Source: Acidimicrobiales bacterium (GTDB taxonomy: Bacteria > Actinomycetota > Acidimicrobiia > Acidimicrobiales > JBBRAZ01). From it: 64,000 bases of DNA. The position numbers and the translations under genes were made by a program. Shown here in pieces: positions 53,361 through 62,815 of this stretch. Positions within the stretch are counted from its first letter, which is position 1. Every line of letters starts with the position of its first letter. The notes beneath the pieces are model-generated. The model was not told where the DNA came from. It made no database searches and saw nothing but the letters and a program-made list of their open reading frames with translations. The DNA is taken from contig JBBRAZ010000018.1 of the NCBI GenBank assembly GCA_038206295.1, positions 8,728-72,727 on the forward strand. The letters are read 5' to 3'.

Positions 53361-55676
53361 GTGTCCGACACCTGGCTGCTCGAGAACGTGTGGATCATCC
53401 CGACGATCCCCTTCGTCTCGTTCTGGCTGATCCTCTTCTTCGGCAAGCGCCTCCCCGGCCGCGGCCACGAGATCGGCATCGCGTCGGTCGTCGCCGCGTT
53501 CGTGCTGGCCTGCATGGTGGGCGTGGCGTGGATCGGCCACGTCGACGACGCCGCGGCCGGCCACGGCGAGCCCGCGACCGAGGAGCACGGCACCGAGCCC
53601 GCCGCCGACGACCACGGCTTGGGCACCGGCGAGCTGTCCGCCGCGGTCGACACCGGCGACACGGCCGCCGCCGACGACCACGGCACCGAGGTGGCCGCGG
53701 AGCTGGCGGCCGAGGAGGAGCACGCGGCGGAGGGCGAGCACGCCGGGGTCGAGCCCATCTCGCGCCGGGTGGTGTGGCTGCAGTCCGACGGCGTCGAGAT
53801 CAACGCCGGCACCATGGTCGACGGGCTCACCGCGGTGATGCTCTTCGTCGTCACCTTCATCTCGCTGCTGGTGCACGTGTTCAGCACCGACTACGTGCAC
53901 GGCGACCGCCGCTACACGCACTACTTCGCCTTCCTCAGCCTGTTCACCGCCTCGATGCTGCTGTTCGTCATGAGCGACAACACGCTGCAGATGCTGGTCG
54001 GCTGGGAGCTCGTCGGCGTCTGCTCGTTCGCTCTCATCGGCCACTGGTGGGAGGAGAAGCCCAACTCCGACGCCGCCCTCAAGGCGTTCCTCACCAACCG
54101 CGTGGGCGACATGGGCCTCATCATCGGGGTGAGCATCCTGTTCATCGAGGCCGGCACCTTCGACGTGGTGCGCATCAACCAGATGGCGATCGCCGGTGAG
54201 CTCAACCACCTCGTCCTGCTCGTCTCGGCCTGCAGCCTCATCGGCGCGGTGATGTCGAAGTCCGGCCAGTTCTTCCTGCACACCTGGCTGCCCGATGCCA
54301 TGGCCGGACCGACGCCGGTCTCGGCGCTCATCCACGCCGCCACCATGGTGGTCGCCGGCATCTTCATGGTCGCCCGCCTCTACGGCGTGTTCTGGCACGG
54401 CCTGTCCATCGGCACCTCCAGCATCAACCTCCTGGCGCTCGTCGGCGGCACCACCACGCTGGTCGGCGGCTCGCTGGCGTTCGTGCAGAAGGACATCAAG
54501 AAGGTCCTCGCCTACTCGACCGTCTCGCAGCTCGGCTACATGGTCATGGCGCTCGGGGTCGGGGCGTGGACCGCGGCGATCTTCCACCTCTTCACGCACG
54601 CCTTCTTCAAGGCCTGCCTGTTCCTGGGCGCCGGCTCGCTCAGCCACGCCTGCCACCACAGCTTCAACATGGTCGACGACATGGGCGGGCTGCGGAAGCG
54701 GATGCCGATCACCCACGCCACGTTCGCCATCGGCACCCTGGCGCTGGCCGGCATCCCGATCTTCGCCGGCTTCTGGTCCAAGGACGAGATCCTCGCCGGG
54801 GCCATGCAGAACGGCGACGGCGGCTACCCGATCATGCTGGTCATGGGCCTCATGACGGCGTTCATGACCGCCGCCTACATGGGTCGCGCCTACTTCTACG
54901 CCTTCCTCGGCGAGTACCGCGGCGGCCACGACGACGCCCACGGCCACGCCGATGCGCACGACGCCCACGCGGCACCAGCCCATGACGTGCACGATGAGCA
55001 CGACGCCCACGCCGGCGAGCCCCACGAGTCCGGTCCCCGGATCGTGGTGCCGCTCATGATCCTGGCGTTCCTCTCGGTCGTCGCCGGCTTCGCCAACCTT
55101 CCCGGCGACCTCGGCTTCGCGACGGTCCCCGAAGATCTGGCGCACCGGTTCCAGCACTACGTGGAGCCGACGGGCAGCTACTTCCCTGCGGTCTCCCACG
55201 CCGACTTCGATCTCGGCCTGGCCATCGGCTCCAGCCTGCTGGCCATCAGTGGGCTGGTGGTCGCCTACCTCTTCTTCGTGCGCAACCTCGGCCCGCACGG
55301 GATCTCGCAGCGCAACGCGGTGTTCGGCTTCGGCCGCCGGGTGCTCGAGAACAAGTACTACCTCGACTGGCTGTACACCGACGTCATCGCCGGCGGCACC
55401 AAGGGCCCGATCGCCCGCGCTGCCTACTGGTTCAACCAGAACGTCATCGACGGCGTCGTCAACGGCGTCGGCGTCGGCGCCAAGCGCTTCGGGGTGGTCG
55501 TCTACGAGCAGATCGACCAGAAGGTGGTCGACGGGGCCGTCAACGGCTCCGGTGCAGGGGCCAGCGGCACGGGGGAGATCCTCCGCCACATCCAGACGGG
55601 CAGGGTGCAGCAGTACGGCGCACTGTTCTTCATCGCCACGGCGTTCCTCGCCGGTGTCTTCGTCGTGATCATCTAG
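53361..55676 (+). CDS. nuoL: Complex I-like subunit L (operon 2) with two His/Asp-rich insertions
   Basis: LVGWELVGVCSFALIGHWW, KSGQFFLHTWLPDAMAGPTPVSALIHAATMV. 771 aa versus 650 aa for the operon-1 copy. Confidence 0.92.
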   Translation: MSDTWLLENVWIIPTIPFVSFWLILFFGKRLPGRGHEIGIASVVAAFVLACMVGVAWIGHVDDAAAGHGEPATEEHGTEPAADDHGLGTGELSAAVDTGDTAAADDHGTEVAAELAAEEEHAAEGEHAGVEPISRRVVWLQSDGVEINAGTMVDGLTAVMLFVVTFISLLVHVFSTDYVHGDRRYTHYFAFLSLFTASMLLFVMSDNTLQMLVGWELVGVCSFALIGHWWEEKPNSDAALKAFLTNRVGDMGLIIGVSILFIEAGTFDVVRINQMAIAGELNHLVLLVSACSLIGAVMSKSGQFFLHTWLPDAMAGPTPVSALIHAATMVVAGIFMVARLYGVFWHGLSIGTSSINLLALVGGTTTLVGGSLAFVQKDIKKVLAYSTVSQLGYMVMALGVGAWTAAIFHLFTHAFFKACLFLGAGSLSHACHHSFNMVDDMGGLRKRMPITHATFAIGTLALAGIPIFAGFWSKDEILAGAMQNGDGGYPIMLVMGLMTAFMTAAYMGRAYFYAFLGEYRGGHDDAHGHADAHDAHAAPAHDVHDEHDAHAGEPHESGPRIVVPLMILAFLSVVAGFANLPGDLGFATVPEDLAHRFQHYVEPTGSYFPAVSHADFDLGLAIGSSLLAISGLVVAYLFFVRNLGPHGISQRNAVFGFGRRVLENKYYLDWLYTDVIAGGTKGPIARAAYWFNQNVIDGVVNGVGVGAKRFGVVVYEQIDQKVVDGAVNGSGAGASGTGEILRHIQTGRVQQYGALFFIATAFLAGVFVVII

Positions 55677-55693
55677 GGAGCGCTGAACGAGCC

Positions 55694-57370
55694 ATGGAAG
55701 AGTTCATCAACGACTGGGGCCTCACGGTCGCCACGTTCCTCCCCATCGTGGGCGCACTCGCGCTGCTGGTGGTGCCGAAGGATGAGGAGGGCACCATCAA
55801 GGGGTTCGCCCTGCTCGTCTCGCTGGCCACCGCGGCCATCGGCGTCGGCGTCATGGCGCAGTTCGACTACGACGACGCGGGCGCGCTGCAGTTCGTCTAC
55901 GAGCACGACTGGATCGACGTCATCCACAGCCGCTACATCGTCGGCATCGACGGCATCTCGCTGCCGATGTTCGCCTTGACGCTGCTCATCGTGCCGCTGT
56001 GCATCGTCTACTCGTGGAACCACTTCCCCGAGCCGCACAACCCCAAGGCCTTCCTGGCGCTGCTGCTCGTGCTCGAGACCGGCATGCTCGGCTCGTTCAT
56101 CGCCCAGGACCTCATCTTGTTCTTCGTCTTCTTCGAGCTCGTGCTGCTGCCGATGTACTTCATGATCGGCGTGTGGGGCGGGCCTGACCGCCAGTACGCC
56201 TCGATCAAGTTCTTCCTGTACACGCTGTTCGGCTCGGCGCTGATGATCGTCGCCTTCGTCGCCCTCTTCTTCGCGACCGACGGCCAGACGTTCGACATCC
56301 GCGTCGGGGTGGAGGGCGCGCTGCCGGCTGCGGCGGCCGGCATCCCGAAGACCACCGCGCTGTGGATCTTCGGCGGCATGTTCATGGGCTTCGCCATCAA
56401 GGTGCCGATGTTCCCGTTCCACACCTGGCTGCCCGACGCCCACACCCAGGCGCCGACGGTCGGCTCGGTCATCCTGGCCGCCGTGCTCCTGAAGCTCGGC
56501 ACCTACGGCTTCATCCGCATCGCGCTGCCGATCCTTCCCGAGGCCGCGGTCGAGTTCGCACCGTGGATCGGCCTGCTGGCGGTCATCGGCATCATCTACG
56601 GCGCGCTGGGCTGCCTCGCGCAGTCCGACATGAAGCGGCTCATCGCGTTCTCGTCGGTGGCGCACATGGGCTTCGTGATGCTCGGCATCGCGACGCTCAC
56701 GCCCTTCGGCATCAACGCCGCCATCTTCGGCATGGTCGCCCACGGCCTCATCACCGGGATGCTGTTCTTCATCGCCGGGTCCACCAAGGAGCGCTACCAC
56801 ACGCTCGAGATCTCACGGCTCGGCGGCCTGCTGGTCACCGCGCCGAAGATGGGTTGGATCCTCGGCCTGTGCACCATGGCGTCGCTGGGGCTGCCCGGCC
56901 TCGCCGGATTCTGGGGCGAGTTCCCCGCCATCCTCTCGGCGTACCGCCCCGGCGCCGGGATGCCCGAGGAGACGTTCCGGGCGTTCATGGTCATCGCAGC
57001 GCTGGGTACCGTGCTCGCCGCGGGCTACCTGCTGTGGCTGTACCAGCGGGTCGCGTTCGGCACGCCCAAGCCCGAGTGGGAGGGCCACGACATCCCCGAC
57101 GTGCAGCCGGCGGAGTGGATCGCCTGGCTGCCGCTGCTCGCCCTCATCCTGGGGCTCGGCATCTACCCGCACGCCATGTACCGGGTCATCGATCCGGCGG
57201 TGACCCAGCAGACGGTCTGCGCCGCGGTCGACCCCGCCGCGCCCGCGTGCCACGAGGACGACGCGGAGCCGTCCGACGACCACGCCGAGGACGCTGAGGA
57301 CGCTGAGGACGCCGACCACGGCGACGCCGTCGACGACCACGCCGCGCCCCTCGGCGCGGCGGGGGGCTGA
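55694..57370 (+). CDS. nuoM: Complex I-like subunit M (operon 2)
   Basis: KVPMFPFHTWLPDAHTQAPTVGSVILAAVLLKLG. Acidic/His-rich C-terminal tail. Confidence 0.92.
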   Translation: MEEFINDWGLTVATFLPIVGALALLVVPKDEEGTIKGFALLVSLATAAIGVGVMAQFDYDDAGALQFVYEHDWIDVIHSRYIVGIDGISLPMFALTLLIVPLCIVYSWNHFPEPHNPKAFLALLLVLETGMLGSFIAQDLILFFVFFELVLLPMYFMIGVWGGPDRQYASIKFFLYTLFGSALMIVAFVALFFATDGQTFDIRVGVEGALPAAAAGIPKTTALWIFGGMFMGFAIKVPMFPFHTWLPDAHTQAPTVGSVILAAVLLKLGTYGFIRIALPILPEAAVEFAPWIGLLAVIGIIYGALGCLAQSDMKRLIAFSSVAHMGFVMLGIATLTPFGINAAIFGMVAHGLITGMLFFIAGSTKERYHTLEISRLGGLLVTAPKMGWILGLCTMASLGLPGLAGFWGEFPAILSAYRPGAGMPEETFRAFMVIAALGTVLAAGYLLWLYQRVAFGTPKPEWEGHDIPDVQPAEWIAWLPLLALILGLGIYPHAMYRVIDPAVTQQTVCAAVDPAAPACHEDDAEPSDDHAEDAEDAEDADHGDAVDDHAAPLGAAGG

Positions 57371-57372
57371 TC

Positions 57373-58881
57373 GTGCCGCTGCTGCTCGCCGCCGAGGGGT
57401 TCGTGCGTCCGGTCATCGACTGGCACGCCTTCGCGCCCGAGCTGGTCCTCGCCGCGGTCATCGCGGTGCTCGTGCTCGTCGACTCGTTCACCCGCCCGGG
57501 GAACAAGTGGGCCGTGCCGTCGCTCGCCGGCATCGGGCTCCTGGCGACCGCCGTGCCGCTGCTGTCGCTGGTCTCCGACGGCACCGACCGCTCCATGTTC
57601 GGCGGGGCGTACGTCGTCGACGACTTCGCCCTGACGCTCAAGCTGCTCTTCGTCGCCTCCGCGTACGTGGTGGTCCTGCTGGCCACCAACTACATCGCCG
57701 AGGGCGACTACTGGGAGGGCGAGTTCTACACGATGCTGCTGTGCTCGGTGCTGGGCATGCTCGTCATGGCCAGCGCGCGCGACCTCATCACGATCTTCGT
57801 CGCCCTCGAGCTGCTCTCGATCCCCGCCTACCTCCTGGCCGCGTGGCGCAAGCGCGACCCGCGCTCCAACGAAGCCGGCCTCAAGTACTACCTGATGGGC
57901 GTGTTCGCCACCGCCGTGCTCCTGTACGGCATGTCGCTGCTGTACGGCGTCACCGGCTCCACGCTGCTGACCGACATCGGCGCCTACGTGCAGCAGGGCT
58001 CGAGCTCGACACCGATCGTCACCCTCGCGATCGTGCTGGTCATCATCGGGTTCGCCTTCAAGGTCTCCGCCGTGCCGTTCCACACGTGGGCGCCGGACAC
58101 CTACGAGGGCGCACCGACGCCGGTCGCCGCGTTCCTGGCCGTGGCGTCGAAGACCGCCGGGTTCGTGGCGCTGATGCAGCTGGTGGTCGTCGGCTTCCTC
58201 GGTCGCTCGGATGTGTACGAGCCGATGATCTGGGCGCTGGCGGTGGCGTCGATGACCGTCGGCAACCTGATCGCGATCCGCCAGGACAACGTGGTGCGCA
58301 TGCTCGCGTACTCCGGCATCGCGCAGGCCGGCTACATCCTGGCGCCGCTGGCGGTGGCGTCGCACGACCCGAACCAGGCCGTCGGCTCCATGGTGAGCTA
58401 CCTGATGATCTACGCCGCCATGAACCTCGGCGCCTTCGCGGTGATCATCGCCGCGGCGCGCAAGACGCGCTCCGCCGAGGTCGACAGCTTCAACGGCCTC
58501 TTCTCGTACGCGCCGGCGCTGGCGGTGACGATGAGCATCTTCCTGTTCTCGCTCGCGGGCATCCCGCCGCTCGGCGGCTGGTTCGCCAAGTTCCAGATCT
58601 TCTACGCCGTGATCGACGCCCAGACCACGTCGGCCTACGTGCTGGCGGTCATCATCGGCCTCAACTCGGTGCTGGCGCTCTACTACTACGCCCGGGTGGC
58701 CCGCGCGATGTGGTTCGAGGAGTCGCCAGACGGCGACGTGTCGCCGGTGCAGGTGCCGGTCTCGCTGCGAGCGGCGATCGGCATGTGCGCAGTGGCGACC
58801 GTCGTGGTCGGTGTGCTGCCGGGCCTTGTCGGCCACGTCAGCGAGACGGTCGGCCTCCTCGCCACCGCCGCCGGCCGCTGA
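57373..58881 (+). CDS. nuoN: Complex I-like subunit N (operon 2)
   Basis: KVSAVPFHTWAPDTYEGAPTPVAAFL. Confidence 0.92.
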   Translation: MPLLLAAEGFVRPVIDWHAFAPELVLAAVIAVLVLVDSFTRPGNKWAVPSLAGIGLLATAVPLLSLVSDGTDRSMFGGAYVVDDFALTLKLLFVASAYVVVLLATNYIAEGDYWEGEFYTMLLCSVLGMLVMASARDLITIFVALELLSIPAYLLAAWRKRDPRSNEAGLKYYLMGVFATAVLLYGMSLLYGVTGSTLLTDIGAYVQQGSSSTPIVTLAIVLVIIGFAFKVSAVPFHTWAPDTYEGAPTPVAAFLAVASKTAGFVALMQLVVVGFLGRSDVYEPMIWALAVASMTVGNLIAIRQDNVVRMLAYSGIAQAGYILAPLAVASHDPNQAVGSMVSYLMIYAAMNLGAFAVIIAAARKTRSAEVDSFNGLFSYAPALAVTMSIFLFSLAGIPPLGGWFAKFQIFYAVIDAQTTSAYVLAVIIGLNSVLALYYYARVARAMWFEESPDGDVSPVQVPVSLRAAIGMCAVATVVVGVLPGLVGHVSETVGLLATAAGR

Positions 58882-60023
58882 CCTCCACCGCCACCCCCGC
58901 CGCCGCGCTCGTCGCCGAGCAGGTCGCGCGCCACGGACCGGTCTCGTTCTCCACCTTCCTCGACCTCGCGCTGTACGACCCAGCCCACGGCTTCTACGCC
59001 GGCAGCGGCGGCCAGGCCGGTCGAGGAGGGGATTTCCTCACCAGCCCGGAGGTCGGTCCGCTGTTCGGCGCGGTCCTCGCTCGAGCGCTCGACGCCTGGT
59101 GGACCGAGCTCGGCGAGCCCGATCCGTTCGTCGTGGTGGAAGCCGGCGCCGGGCGCGGCGCGCTGGCGATCGCGGTGCGCGCCGCGGCGCCGCGTTGCGC
59201 GCCGGCCCTGCACTACGTCCTCGTCGAGCGCTCTGCGACGCTGCGGGCGAGTCAGGCCGAGCACCTCTCGCTCACGGTGCCGAGCCAGGTGCTGGGCGCG
59301 GCGGCCGGGCCTGATCCCGACGCAGGTTCGCTGCGTGGGACCGGTCCGCTGTTCACCTCGCTCGGTGAGCTGCCCGAGACCGCCATGACCGGTGTGGTCC
59401 TCGCCAACGAGCTGCTCGACAACCTGACGTTCGATCTGCTCGAGCGCACCGCCGAGGGCTGGGACGAGGTCCGGGTCGGCGTCGGAGCTGATGGCGAGCT
59501 CGTCGAGGTGCTCGTGCCCGCCCGTGAGGCCGATGGCGCGCTCGCAGCGCACCTCGCGCCCGGCGCGTCAGCGGGCGGGCGTCTGCCCCTGCAGCACCAG
59601 GCAGCCAGCTTCCTGCGAGAGGCACTCGCGCTCCTGGAGGCAGGCAGGGTCGTGCTCATCGACTACGCGGACACCTCGCAGCACCTCGTGGAGCGGGCGA
59701 CCGACGAGTGGCTGCGCACGTACCGCGACCACGGCCGCGGCCAGCGCCCGCTGGAGGCAGCTGGGCTGCAGGACGTGACCTGCGAGGTCGACGTCGACCA
59801 GCTGGCGCGCATCCGTCGCCCGGATGTGCAGCGCACCCAGGCCGAGCTCCTCGTGGCCCAAGGCATCGACGAGCTCGTCGACGAGGGCCGTGCCATCTGG
59901 GAGGAGCGTGGCCACCTCGGCGACCTCGCGGCGCTGCGGGGCCGCAGCCGCGTCCGGGAGGCGGAGGCGCTGTGCGACCCCGCCGGCCTCGGCGCCTTCA
60001 CCGTCCTCGAGTGGATCGTCTGA
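58878..60023 (+). CDS. MidA/NDUFAF7-family (DUF185) SAM-dependent methyltransferase
   Basis: [26 protein letters not shown] (SAM loop), [14 protein letters not shown]. 5-prime end uncertain: the only in-frame start-like codon near the conserved N-terminus is CTG 58878, overlapping the nuoN2 TGA. Confidence 0.8.
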   Translation: MTSTATPAAALVAEQVARHGPVSFSTFLDLALYDPAHGFYAGSGGQAGRGGDFLTSPEVGPLFGAVLARALDAWWTELGEPDPFVVVEAGAGRGALAIAVRAAAPRCAPALHYVLVERSATLRASQAEHLSLTVPSQVLGAAAGPDPDAGSLRGTGPLFTSLGELPETAMTGVVLANELLDNLTFDLLERTAEGWDEVRVGVGADGELVEVLVPAREADGALAAHLAPGASAGGRLPLQHQAASFLREALALLEAGRVVLIDYADTSQHLVERATDEWLRTYRDHGRGQRPLEAAGLQDVTCEVDVDQLARIRRPDVQRTQAELLVAQGIDELVDEGRAIWEERGHLGDLAALRGRSRVREAEALCDPAGLGAFTVLEWIV

Positions 60024-60102
60024 CCCCACCGCAGCGCCCCACCGCCCCACGTCCCGGTACGCTCCTGCGGCGCATCCGAGCCGACCGCACCGAGGGGAAC
60101 AG

Positions 60103-62064
60103 ATGGCCGCCGAGCCCACGATCGAGGACTACTTCCACGAGGACCGGGTCTTCCCGCCGTCCGCCGAGTTCCAGGCCGCTGCGCTGGTCTCCGACCGCAC
60201 GCCCTACGACGAGGCGGCGGCGGACCGGGTCGGCTTCTGGGCGACGCAGGCCCGCGAGCACCTCAGCTGGTACGACGACTTCCACACCACCCTGGAGTGG
60301 GAGCTGCCGTTCGCGAAGTGGTTCGTGGGCGGGACGCTGAACGTCTCGTACAACTGCCTCGACCGCCATGTCGAGGCAGGCCGCGGCGACAAGGTCGCCT
60401 TCCACTGGGAGGGCGAGCCGGGCGACACCCGCACCATCACCTACGCGGCGCTGCTCGACGAGGTGGCCCGGTTCGCCAACGTGCTCAAGGGCCTCGGCCT
60501 CGAGCGAGGCGACCGGGTCGCCATCTACATGCCGATGATCCCCGAGCTGCCGGTCGCCATGCTCGCGTGCACCCGCATCGGCGTGGCCCACTCGGTCATC
60601 TTCGGCGGCTTCTCTCCGGACTCGATCATCGACCGGGTCAACGACGCCGAGGCGAAGGTCGTCATCACCGCCGACGGCGGCTACCGCAGGGGCGCCGCCG
60701 CGGCGCTCAAGCCCAACGTCGACGCCGCCGTCGGCTCCTGCCCGACGATCACCGGCGTGGTGGTGGTGCAGCGCACCGGCGGCGAGGTCGAGATGGTCGA
60801 AGGCCGCGACCACTGGTACCACGAGCTCATGGCCGACGCCTCCGCTGACTGCCCGCCTGAGCACATGGACAGCGAGGACCTGCTGTACCTGCTCTACACG
60901 TCGGGCACGACGGCCAAGCCCAAGGGCATCATGCACACCACCGGCGGCTACCTCGCCCAGGTGGCGTACACGCACAAGGTGGTGTTCGACCTCCGGCCCG
61001 AGACCGACGTGTACTGGTGCGCGGCGGACGTCGGCTGGGTGACCGGCCACAGCTACATCGTGTACGGGCCGCTGACGAACGGCTGCACCTCGGTCATGTA
61101 CGAGGGCACGCCCGACACCCCCGGGCGCGACCGGCTGTGGGACATCGTCGAGCGCTACGGCGTCACGCAGCTGTACACCGCGCCGACCGCCATCCGGATG
61201 TTCATGAAGTGGGGTGAGACCGAGCCCGCCGCGCACGACCTCTCCAGCCTGCGCGTGCTGGGGACCGTCGGCGAGCCCATCAACCCCGAGGCGTGGATGT
61301 GGTACCACGAGAACATCGGCGGCGAGCGGTGCCCGATCGTGGACACCTGGTGGCAGACCGAGACCGGCGCGCACATGATCACGCCGTTGCCGGGGGTCAC
61401 CACCACCAAGCCAGGCTCTGCCACCCACGCCATCCCGGGCGTCGTGGTCGAGGTCGTCGACGACGAGGGAAACCCCGTCGAGCGTGGAGGCGGCTACCTG
61501 ACGATCTCCGAGCCGTGGCCCGCGATGCTGCGCGGCATCTGGGGGGACCCGGAGCGCTACGCGGAGACGTACTGGAGCCGATTCCCCGGCCGGTACTTCG
61601 CCGGCGACGGCGCCAAGCTCGACGATGACGGGTACCTGTGGCTGCTCGGGCGCGTGGACGACGTCATGAACGTGTCGGGTCACCGCATCTCCACCACCGA
61701 GGTCGAGTCCGCGCTGGTCGACCACCACGCGGTGGCCGAGGCGGCGGTGGTCGGCGCCAACGACGCCCTCACCGGCCAGGCGATCGTCGGCTACGTGATC
61801 CTGCGTGGCAGCGCGGACGAGCACGACGACGCGCTTGTTGAGGAGATCCGCCAGCACGTCGCCACGAAGATCGGCCCGACCGCTCGGCCCAAGGCGCTGT
61901 TCGCGGTGCCGGACCTCCCCAAGACGCGCTCGGGCAAGATCATGCGTCGACTCCTGCGCGACGTCGCCGAGGGCCACGAGCTCGGCGACACCACCACCCT
62001 CGCCGATCCGGCGGTCGTCGAGGCCATCCGCCGCCGCGCCGAGGAGTCCCCGACCGAGGACTGA
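60103..62064 (+). CDS. acs: Acetyl-CoA synthetase
   Basis: [62 protein letters not shown]. Confidence 0.94.
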   Translation: MAAEPTIEDYFHEDRVFPPSAEFQAAALVSDRTPYDEAAADRVGFWATQAREHLSWYDDFHTTLEWELPFAKWFVGGTLNVSYNCLDRHVEAGRGDKVAFHWEGEPGDTRTITYAALLDEVARFANVLKGLGLERGDRVAIYMPMIPELPVAMLACTRIGVAHSVIFGGFSPDSIIDRVNDAEAKVVITADGGYRRGAAAALKPNVDAAVGSCPTITGVVVVQRTGGEVEMVEGRDHWYHELMADASADCPPEHMDSEDLLYLLYTSGTTAKPKGIMHTTGGYLAQVAYTHKVVFDLRPETDVYWCAADVGWVTGHSYIVYGPLTNGCTSVMYEGTPDTPGRDRLWDIVERYGVTQLYTAPTAIRMFMKWGETEPAAHDLSSLRVLGTVGEPINPEAWMWYHENIGGERCPIVDTWWQTETGAHMITPLPGVTTTKPGSATHAIPGVVVEVVDDEGNPVERGGGYLTISEPWPAMLRGIWGDPERYAETYWSRFPGRYFAGDGAKLDDDGYLWLLGRVDDVMNVSGHRISTTEVESALVDHHAVAEAAVVGANDALTGQAIVGYVILRGSADEHDDALVEEIRQHVATKIGPTARPKALFAVPDLPKTRSGKIMRRLLRDVAEGHELGDTTTLADPAVVEAIRRRAEESPTED

Positions 62065-62075
62065 TCCTCGCGAGG

Positions 62076-62182
62076 GTTCTGGGCGCGCTGCGGGTACTGG
62101 GAGTCTCTGCTCTGGGAGTCTCAAAACCCTGCCCAGAACGCCACAGTCGCGTTCTGGGTGCGCTACGGGTACTCCCAGTCTC
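62076..62182. repeat. Repeat-rich structured intergenic element (two 32-nt direct repeats, an 11-nt tandem, and mutually exclusive inverted repeats)
   Basis: gttctgggcgcgctgcgggtactgggagtctc (62076-62107) versus gttctgggtgcgctacgggtactcccagtctc (62151-62182), 27/32 identical. ctgggagtctc occurs twice (62097, 62112). cccagaac (62132-62139) is complementary to both gttctggg copies. Confidence 0.6.
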
Positions 62183-62245
62183 AGCAGGACACCTAGAAGC
62201 CCGGGGTCGAGGTGCGTGGTGCTCGTCCGGGTAGGTTGTCCGCCG

Positions 62246-62734
62246 ATGCTGGGCCCGTTCGACAACTGGTGGTGGCGCGAGGGCCCGATCGAAGCCGGAC
62301 CATCCATCGTGTTCGACATGGACGGCGTGCTGTCCGACGCCGCCGGACGGCAGCACTACCTCGATCAGCCCTACCGCGACTGGGAGGGGTTCTTCGAGGC
62401 CTGCGGTGAGGACGAGCTCATCGGAGAGGTGGCCCGACTCCTCGAGGTGATCGACCACGGCCACCGCATCGTGCTGCTGACGGCTCGCCCGATCCGCGTC
62501 CAGGCGCAGACGCTGGGCTGGCTGGACCGCTACGACCTGCGCTGGGACCTGCTGATCATGCGCGACATCGGTGACTACCAGGCGTCGCAGTCGTTCAAGC
62601 GTCGCACCGTCGGGGAGCTGCGCCGAGCCGGGTTCGATCTGCGCCTCGCCTTCGAGGACGACCGGCGCAACGTGGACATGTTCCACGCCGAGGGCGTCCC
62701 CTGCATCTACATCCACTCCGGCTACTACGACTGA
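62246..62734 (+). CDS. HAD-superfamily phosphatase-like protein (polynucleotide-kinase-phosphatase-type fold)
   Basis: IVFDMDGVLSD (DxDGV nucleophile motif), IVLLTARP, FEDDRRNVDMF. 162 aa. Confidence 0.65.
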   Translation: MLGPFDNWWWREGPIEAGPSIVFDMDGVLSDAAGRQHYLDQPYRDWEGFFEACGEDELIGEVARLLEVIDHGHRIVLLTARPIRVQAQTLGWLDRYDLRWDLLIMRDIGDYQASQSFKRRTVGELRRAGFDLRLAFEDDRRNVDMFHAEGVPCIYIHSGYYD

Positions 62735-62815
62735 TCGACCTTCTGGTGGGTCCAGCGCGTCGCCGTGCGCGCCGAACCCCACTGGAGCGGGAGCAGCAGC
62801 GCAGGCAGCGAGCCG

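Noticed and set aside
57507-58877. 5-prime part of the 838-aa ORF 57507-60023, which would make the methyltransferase an 838-aa protein.
   Set aside because: The region overlaps nuoN2 in another frame and translates to Arg/Pro/Gly-rich low-complexity sequence. MidA-family similarity starts only at about 58900.
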